From the NCBI GenBank assembly GCA_016297585.1, contig JAEDGJ010000001.1:1-62235 (forward strand): a stretch of 62,235 nt of DNA, given 5' to 3'. Positions 54,790 to 62,235 of this stretch are shown here, piece by piece. A program made the position numbers and the translations under genes. The notes under the pieces are model-generated. The model ran no database searches and was not told where the DNA came from. It saw nothing but the letters and a program-made list of their open reading frames with translations. The DNA comes from Clostridiaceae bacterium (lineage in GTDB: Bacteria; Bacillota; Clostridia; Oscillospirales; QAMX01). Every line of letters begins with the position of its first letter. Within the stretch, counting starts at the first letter, position 1.

Positions 54790-56247
54790 ATGAACACTGT
54801 GGAGTTTGGGAAAAACCGCTGGACCGTCCGGTACGGCTATCGGGACGGCGCGGAAAAGACCGCCGTCGACCGGGTCTGCGGCCTGATACAGCCGTATGTG
54901 CCCTATATCCTGACGGCATCTCCCGCCGACTGCGCGGAGACGTTGCCGGAGGAGGTGACAAACCGCGTCGTGATCGGTACGATGCGGGACAACGCGGAGC
55001 TGCGGCAGCTCGCGGAGGCGGGGTTCTTCGTGCCGGAGGAGCGGGCGGAGGGCTACTGCATCAAAACCGGCCCCGATCCCGCCGGCGGAGAGCGGCACGT
55101 CACCGTGCTGCAGGGCGCCGATGCCGCGGGCGTGCTCTACGCGGCGGCGGATTACGAGCGATATGCCATCCGCGACCGGGAGACGTATCACGGCTACCAT
55201 TATAACGGCCGGTACCGTCCCTTTGTGGACGAGCCGCTGCCGTTTGAGCGCCGCTCGGCGCCGCGCATCGAGCACCGCGGCCTCTGGAGCTGGGGACACG
55301 TCATCTACGATTACAAAGCGTACATCGACCGTATGAGCGAATGCAAGCTGAACACGCTGATCCTCTGGAACGATTACGCGCCGCTCAACGCCGCGGAGAT
55401 CATCCGCTACGCGCATGACCGCGCCGTGAAGGTGATCTGGGGGTTTTCCTGGTGCTGGGGAGAGAAGGTCGACCCGGAGGACCCGGCGGATCTGAAAAAG
55501 TGGACCGACTTCGTGCTGCGCACCTATGAGACGCAGTACCGCCCGCTCGGCGCCGACGGCATCTATTTCCAGGCCTTTACCGAGACCCGGGACACGACGA
55601 TCGGCGGCCGCTCCATCTCCGAGCTCGTCATCGAATGGGTCGGCAGCATCAGCCGCGAGGTGTACGCACGGTATCCGGAGCTGTGGATCCAGTTCGGGCT
55701 GCACGCGACCTCCATCCGGGAGGAATGCGGCAAATTCGCGGCGATCGATCCCCGTATGTCGATCGTCTGGGAGGACGCGGGGGACTTCCCGTATGCCTAC
55801 GATCCCGCGAAAAACGAGCGGGAAGAGGAGACGCTTGCGTATACGAAGGAGCTTCTGGCGCTGCGCGGTACGCAGGAGCGCTTCGGCGCCGTGCTCAAGG
55901 GCTTTACCGTGCTGAACTGGACGCGCTTTGAGCATCAGAAGGGGCCGTTTGTCCTCGGCGAGGCGAGTCCCGTATATACGGCGCAGCGCGCGGAGGAAAA
56001 GGAGTTCTACTGGCGCTATGCCGCGCCCTACTGGATCCGTCAGGCGCCGTTTCTGCGGCGCTTCCTGCAGACGGTCGCGGACGCGCCCGTGCATGACCGC
56101 CTTATAACGGCGCTCGTCGAGGACGGCGTCTGGGAGGGCGGACTGCATGTGAGCGTGCAGCTTCTGTCCGAGCTGCTGTGGGATCCGGACGCGGATCCGG
56201 GCGAGCTCTTGACGGTGATCCTGCACGACGCGCGCACAAGGATCTGA
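54790..56247 (+). CDS. Hypothetical protein, TIM-barrel glycosidase-like
   Basis: 485 aa, cytoplasmic. The N-terminal region resembles the alpha/beta domain that precedes GH20/GH67-type barrels. No catalytic motif was confidently recognised. Confidence 0.5.
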   Translation: MNTVEFGKNRWTVRYGYRDGAEKTAVDRVCGLIQPYVPYILTASPADCAETLPEEVTNRVVIGTMRDNAELRQLAEAGFFVPEERAEGYCIKTGPDPAGGERHVTVLQGADAAGVLYAAADYERYAIRDRETYHGYHYNGRYRPFVDEPLPFERRSAPRIEHRGLWSWGHVIYDYKAYIDRMSECKLNTLILWNDYAPLNAAEIIRYAHDRAVKVIWGFSWCWGEKVDPEDPADLKKWTDFVLRTYETQYRPLGADGIYFQAFTETRDTTIGGRSISELVIEWVGSISREVYARYPELWIQFGLHATSIREECGKFAAIDPRMSIVWEDAGDFPYAYDPAKNEREEETLAYTKELLALRGTQERFGAVLKGFTVLNWTRFEHQKGPFVLGEASPVYTAQRAEEKEFYWRYAAPYWIRQAPFLRRFLQTVADAPVHDRLITALVEDGVWEGGLHVSVQLLSELLWDPDADPGELLTVILHDARTRI

Positions 56248-56251
56248 CGGA

Positions 56252-56297
56252 TAAAAAACCGCCTTACCCCTCAAAAAAGGTGGATAAGGCGGTTCGA
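56252..56297. terminator. Bidirectional terminator (mainly for clpB)
   Basis: Stem AACCGCCTTA / TAAGGCGGTT. On the minus strand it is followed by TTTTTTAT. Confidence 0.65.
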
Positions 56298-56335
56298 TTT
56301 ATATGGTTTTTCCGGCGTCTGCCGGACGGCGGGGG

Positions 56336-58936
<2,601 letters not shown>

Positions 58937-58980
58937 TACGGGTTGCCCTCCTTATGATTCCGAATGGATGATTTTCTGGA

Positions 58981-59011
58981 CAAAAGCGGGACGGCCGCGA
59001 AGGACCGTCCC
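58981..59011 (-). terminator. Hairpin between hsp20 and clpB (partial terminator/attenuator candidate)
   Basis: Minus strand GGGACGG...CCGTCCC (7-9 bp) followed by GCTTTTG. The short U tract suggests leaky termination. Confidence 0.4.
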
Positions 59012-59030
59012 TGTTCAAAAAGAAGGAAAC

Positions 59031-59447
59031 TTACTGGACCGCGATCTTGCGCGCAGCGCTCTCTTTCGGGAGCATCTTCGGCAGGTTCAGCGTCAGGATG
59101 CCGTCGTTATACGAGGCCGTGATCGCTTCCGTCGCGATGTTCGAGATCGAGAAGCTTCTCTGATAGGTCGCGCTGCGGCGCTCGCGGTGGACGTAATTCT
59201 TCTTTTCGCCGCTCTCGGTCGTCTCGCTCGAGGTCTTCGCGGTGATCACCAGACGGTCGTCCTCGACGTCGATGTTGATGTCCTCACGCTTGAAGCCCGG
59301 AAGCTCGGCCTCCAGAACGTACTTATCCTTCTCTTCCGTGATGTCCGTGCGGAAGTCGCCGAGCGCGGCGCCCATCTCGTTCCAGCGGCGGTCAAAGTTG
59401 TCAAACAGGTCATGGGATTTCGTGGCGAACGGAATAAGATCAAACAT
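59031..59447 (-). CDS. Hsp20/alpha-crystallin family small heat-shock protein
   Basis: Start set to ATG 59447 (GGAGG SD 8 nt upstream), giving 138 aa. Alpha-crystallin domain (DKYVLEAELPGFKREDINIDVEDDRLVITA...GILTLNLPK). Confidence 0.9.
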   Translation of the reverse strand: MFDLIPFATKSHDLFDNFDRRWNEMGAALGDFRTDITEEKDKYVLEAELPGFKREDINIDVEDDRLVITAKTSSETTESGEKKNYVHRERRSATYQRSFSISNIATEAITASYNDGILTLNLPKMLPKESAARKIAVQ

Positions 59448-59637
59448 AAATCGTACCTCCAGTTTTGTTTCCTCTCCGTTATCCTTTTTCAGAGAGGCTT
59501 CGTCTCTATAAGCATCAAGTCTTTTCGGAGGGAACGCATCTTTCAAGTTCCTTTTTTGTATCCTCTCCTGAAGACGCTTACAGTATACCGCTCAAATATG
59601 AACGATTCATGCATTTCATATGTCCTGTTTGTAAATG

Positions 59638-59664
59638 TTAGCACTTGAAAAGAATGAGTGCTAA
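59638..59664. promoter_or_regulatory. CIRCE operator (HrcA binding site)
   Basis: TTAGCACTT-gaaaagaat-GAGTGCTAA. On the minus strand it reads TTAGCACTC-N9-AAGTGCTAA, one mismatch to TTAGCACTC-N9-GAGTGCTAA. Confidence 0.8.
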
Positions 59665-59759
59665 CACCTGAGAGGCGCGAGTGCCAAAAACGGCGCGGAG
59701 AGCGACAAATTGCATAGAAATCCGATAAAATGCGCCGGATTCTTCCGGGGAAATAGGGC

Positions 59760-59788
59760 TAGACAAGCTTTTTGCCGTGTGTTACACT
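59760..59788 (+). promoter_or_regulatory. Putative promoter of the NTPase/oxidoreductase operon (TAGACA-17-TACACT)
   Basis: TAGACA at 59760-59765, 17-nt spacer, TACACT at 59783-59788. Confidence 0.4.
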
Positions 59789-59835
59789 ATCATTTATATA
59801 TGGGATGCCGAGGACAAGGAAAAGGGGGATGGAAT

Positions 59836-60519
59836 GTGCGGACAGGCAGGCGCATTACGATTTTTGCCGGACACAACGGCAGCGGCAAGACGCTGATCGT
59901 GACAAACCGGGCGCTCGCCCTTCGCGCGGCGATTGGCGGGACCGTCATCGCGGCCGACATGGACACGGTCAAGCCGTATTTCCGGACGGTCGACGCAAGA
60001 GAGGAGCTGGAGCGCGCCGGTATCCGCGTGATCGCGCCGGAGCTTGCCAATTCCAGCGTCGATCTTCCCACCCTTCCGGGAGAAATGCGCGCGATGTTCG
60101 ACCAGCCGGACGCGCATTCCCTGCTCGACGTCGGCGGCGACGACGCGGGCGCGATCGCGCTCGGACAGTATGAGGCCGAGATCCGCCGCGCCGGATACGA
60201 TATGTTCCTCGTCGTCAACCCCTACCGCGTCTTTACCCGGACGCCGGAGGCTGCGATGGAGATCCTCCGCGACATCGAGCGGGTGTCGAAGCTGACCTTT
60301 ACCGGCATCGTACACAACCCGAACCTCGGCGTCGAGACGACGGAGCAGACCATCGCGGACGCCGCGGACTTCGCGCGCCGGCTTTCGGCGCTTTCGGGTC
60401 TGCCCATTGCCGCGACGGCGTTCCTGCGGACGCTGCAGCCTGCGCCGGAGGCGGTTTTCGGCGAACCCTGGCCGATGGACATGTTCCGCAGAAAAGACTG
60501 GGTAATCTATGACACTTGA
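59836..60519 (+). CDS. Uncharacterised P-loop NTPase (MinD/CbiA-superfamily-like, non-canonical Walker A)
   Basis: Start tentatively GTG 59836 (AAGGGGGA SD); ATG 59800 or 59710 are alternatives. About 227 aa. Walker A GHNGSGKT and Walker B-like LLDVGGDD. Confidence 0.65.
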   Translation: MRTGRRITIFAGHNGSGKTLIVTNRALALRAAIGGTVIAADMDTVKPYFRTVDAREELERAGIRVIAPELANSSVDLPTLPGEMRAMFDQPDAHSLLDVGGDDAGAIALGQYEAEIRRAGYDMFLVVNPYRVFTRTPEAAMEILRDIERVSKLTFTGIVHNPNLGVETTEQTIADAADFARRLSALSGLPIAATAFLRTLQPAPEAVFGEPWPMDMFRRKDWVIYDT

Positions 60520-60549
60520 TGCGATAAAATCGTAAAGGAGATAACAATC

Positions 60550-60756
60550 ATGGCACGTTTGACCATCCGGGAAGACTTCTGCAAGGGCTGCGGCCTCTGC
60601 GTTTCCGTTTGCCCCCGCAAGATCCTCGCGCTGTCGAAGACCCGCTTTAATGCCAAGGGCTACAACCCCGCCGAATGCGTCGATCAGGAAAAGTGCATCG
60701 GCTGCGCCATGTGCGCGACCATGTGCCCCGACGTCGTGATCAAGGTCGAAAAGTAA
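60550..60756 (+). CDS. 2-oxoacid:ferredoxin oxidoreductase delta subunit (2x[4Fe-4S] ferredoxin)
   Basis: 68 aa with CKGCGLCVSVCP and CIGCAMCATMCP cluster motifs. Confidence 0.88.
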   Translation: MARLTIREDFCKGCGLCVSVCPRKILALSKTRFNAKGYNPAECVDQEKCIGCAMCATMCPDVVIKVEK

Positions 60757-60784
60757 AGCTTTATTGCAGGAAGGAATGAATTCG

Positions 60785-61840
60785 ATGTCCGAAAAAGTGA
60801 TTATGAAGGGCAACGAGGCTTTGGCTGAGGCCGCGATCCGCGCCGGCTGCCGCTGCTTCTTCGGTTACCCCATCACGCCGCAGACCGAGGTCGCGGCATA
60901 TATGTCCAAGGCGATGCCCAAGGCCGGCGGCGTGTACCTGCAGGCCGAATCCGAAATCGCCGCCATCAACATGATCTACGGCGCGTCCGCCTCCGGCGTC
61001 CGCTGCATGACCTCCTCCTCCAGCCCCGGCATCTCCCTGAAGTCCGAGGGCATCTCCTATATCTGCGGCGCGGACCTTCCCGCCGTCATCGTCAACATGA
61101 CCCGCGGCGGCCCCGGCCTCGGCGGCATCCAGCCCGCGCAGTCCGACTACTATCAGGCGACCCGCGGCATCGGCCACGGCGACGCGCGCCTCCTCGTCTT
61201 CGCCCCTGCCGGTATCCAGGAGATGGTCGATCTGATGACCGACGCATTCGACAAGGCCGACGAGTACCGGATGCCCGCGATGATCCTCGGCGACGGCGCG
61301 ATCGGTCAGATGATGGAGCCCGTGACGCTTCCCGAGCCGAAGGCCAATCTGATCGAGAAGCCCTGGGCGACCACCGGCACCAACATGGCGCGCCCCCACA
61401 ACATCGTCAACTCCCTTTACCTCCAGCCCGAAGCCCTCGAAAAGAACGTCCGCGACCGCTTCGCAAGATACGCGAAGATCGAGGAGACCGAGGCCCGCTG
61501 CGAGGAATACATGGCCGACGACGCCGACATCCTCATCGCGTCCTACGGCATCGCGTCCCGTATCGCCAAGTCCGCCATCAAGCGCGCCCGCGCTGAGGGC
61601 ATCAAGGCGGGCCTTCTGCGCCCGATCACGCTCTGGCCCTTCCCGAAGGCCGTTTTCAAAAAGCACGCTGCGCACGCGAAGGCGTTCCTCGACGTCGAGC
61701 TCAACATGGGCCAGATGATCGACGACGTCCGTCTCGCGATCGACTGCGCCCGTCCCGTCGAGTTTGCGGGCCGTACCGGCGGTATGATCATTACCCCCGA
61801 CGAAGTCCTCGCAAAACTGCGCGAAATGGAGGTAAAATAA
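60785..61840 (+). CDS. 2-oxoacid:ferredoxin oxidoreductase alpha subunit (KorA/VorB-type)
   Basis: 351 aa from ATG 60785 (GGAAGGA SD; ATG 60776 is an alternative). [30 protein letters not shown]-terminus typical of the family. Confidence 0.9.
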   Translation: MSEKVIMKGNEALAEAAIRAGCRCFFGYPITPQTEVAAYMSKAMPKAGGVYLQAESEIAAINMIYGASASGVRCMTSSSSPGISLKSEGISYICGADLPAVIVNMTRGGPGLGGIQPAQSDYYQATRGIGHGDARLLVFAPAGIQEMVDLMTDAFDKADEYRMPAMILGDGAIGQMMEPVTLPEPKANLIEKPWATTGTNMARPHNIVNSLYLQPEALEKNVRDRFARYAKIEETEARCEEYMADDADILIASYGIASRIAKSAIKRARAEGIKAGLLRPITLWPFPKAVFKKHAAHAKAFLDVELNMGQMIDDVRLAIDCARPVEFAGRTGGMIITPDEVLAKLREMEVK

Positions 61841-61841
61841 C

Positions 61842-62235
<394 letters not shown>

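Noticed and set aside
59448-59546. 33-codon N-terminal extension of hsp20.
   Set aside because: There is no SD at 59546. A strong GGAGG lies 8 nt before ATG 59447, which gives a typical sHSP length of 138 aa.

Overview
GC-rich chromosomal core region, by gene content a Firmicutes/Clostridia genome (possibly Oscillospiraceae-like, not verifiable here). It is densely packed with about 61 housekeeping CDS. Order: polar amino-acid ABC transporter; T-box-controlled pheST; rpsF-ssb-rpsR; a methyltransferase/GNAT pair; ymdB; galU; a MinD-like/mgsA/hisS/aspS/queT string; a MATE exporter; polA-rimI-tsaD; an amidohydrolase/AraC/GH3 cluster; a fused flavodiiron-Hrb protein plus rubredoxin; three tandem M42 peptidases; murD; lspA-rluD; TPP-riboswitch-thiT; trmK-nif3-rqcH-mrnC; dCMP deaminase; tmcAL; two glycosidase-like proteins; clpB-hsp20 with a CIRCE operator; and the start of a 2-oxoacid:ferredoxin oxidoreductase operon. 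I see no rRNA, tRNA, CRISPR array, transposase/integrase, prophage or recognisable defence genes. Many very long ORFs in the six-frame track are mirror-strand artefacts of the high GC content. I also shortened several real genes relative to the track, using SD position and known N-termini. I cannot point to a discrete novel multi-gene system. The best candidates for undescribed biology are small-scale: (1) an orphan consensus promoter, 36-codon uORF and terminator/antiterminator switch ahead of the methyltransferase-GNAT pair; (2) three consecutive minus-strand promoters with TGCGCA at the same spacer position; (3) a duplicated 25-nt G-tract motif in the 300-nt MATE leader; (4) a catalytically degenerate third M42 paralog; (5) a deviant P-loop NTPase heading the oxidoreductase operon. 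All RNA-element coordinates are hand-derived and approximate, and no searches or folding calculations were run.
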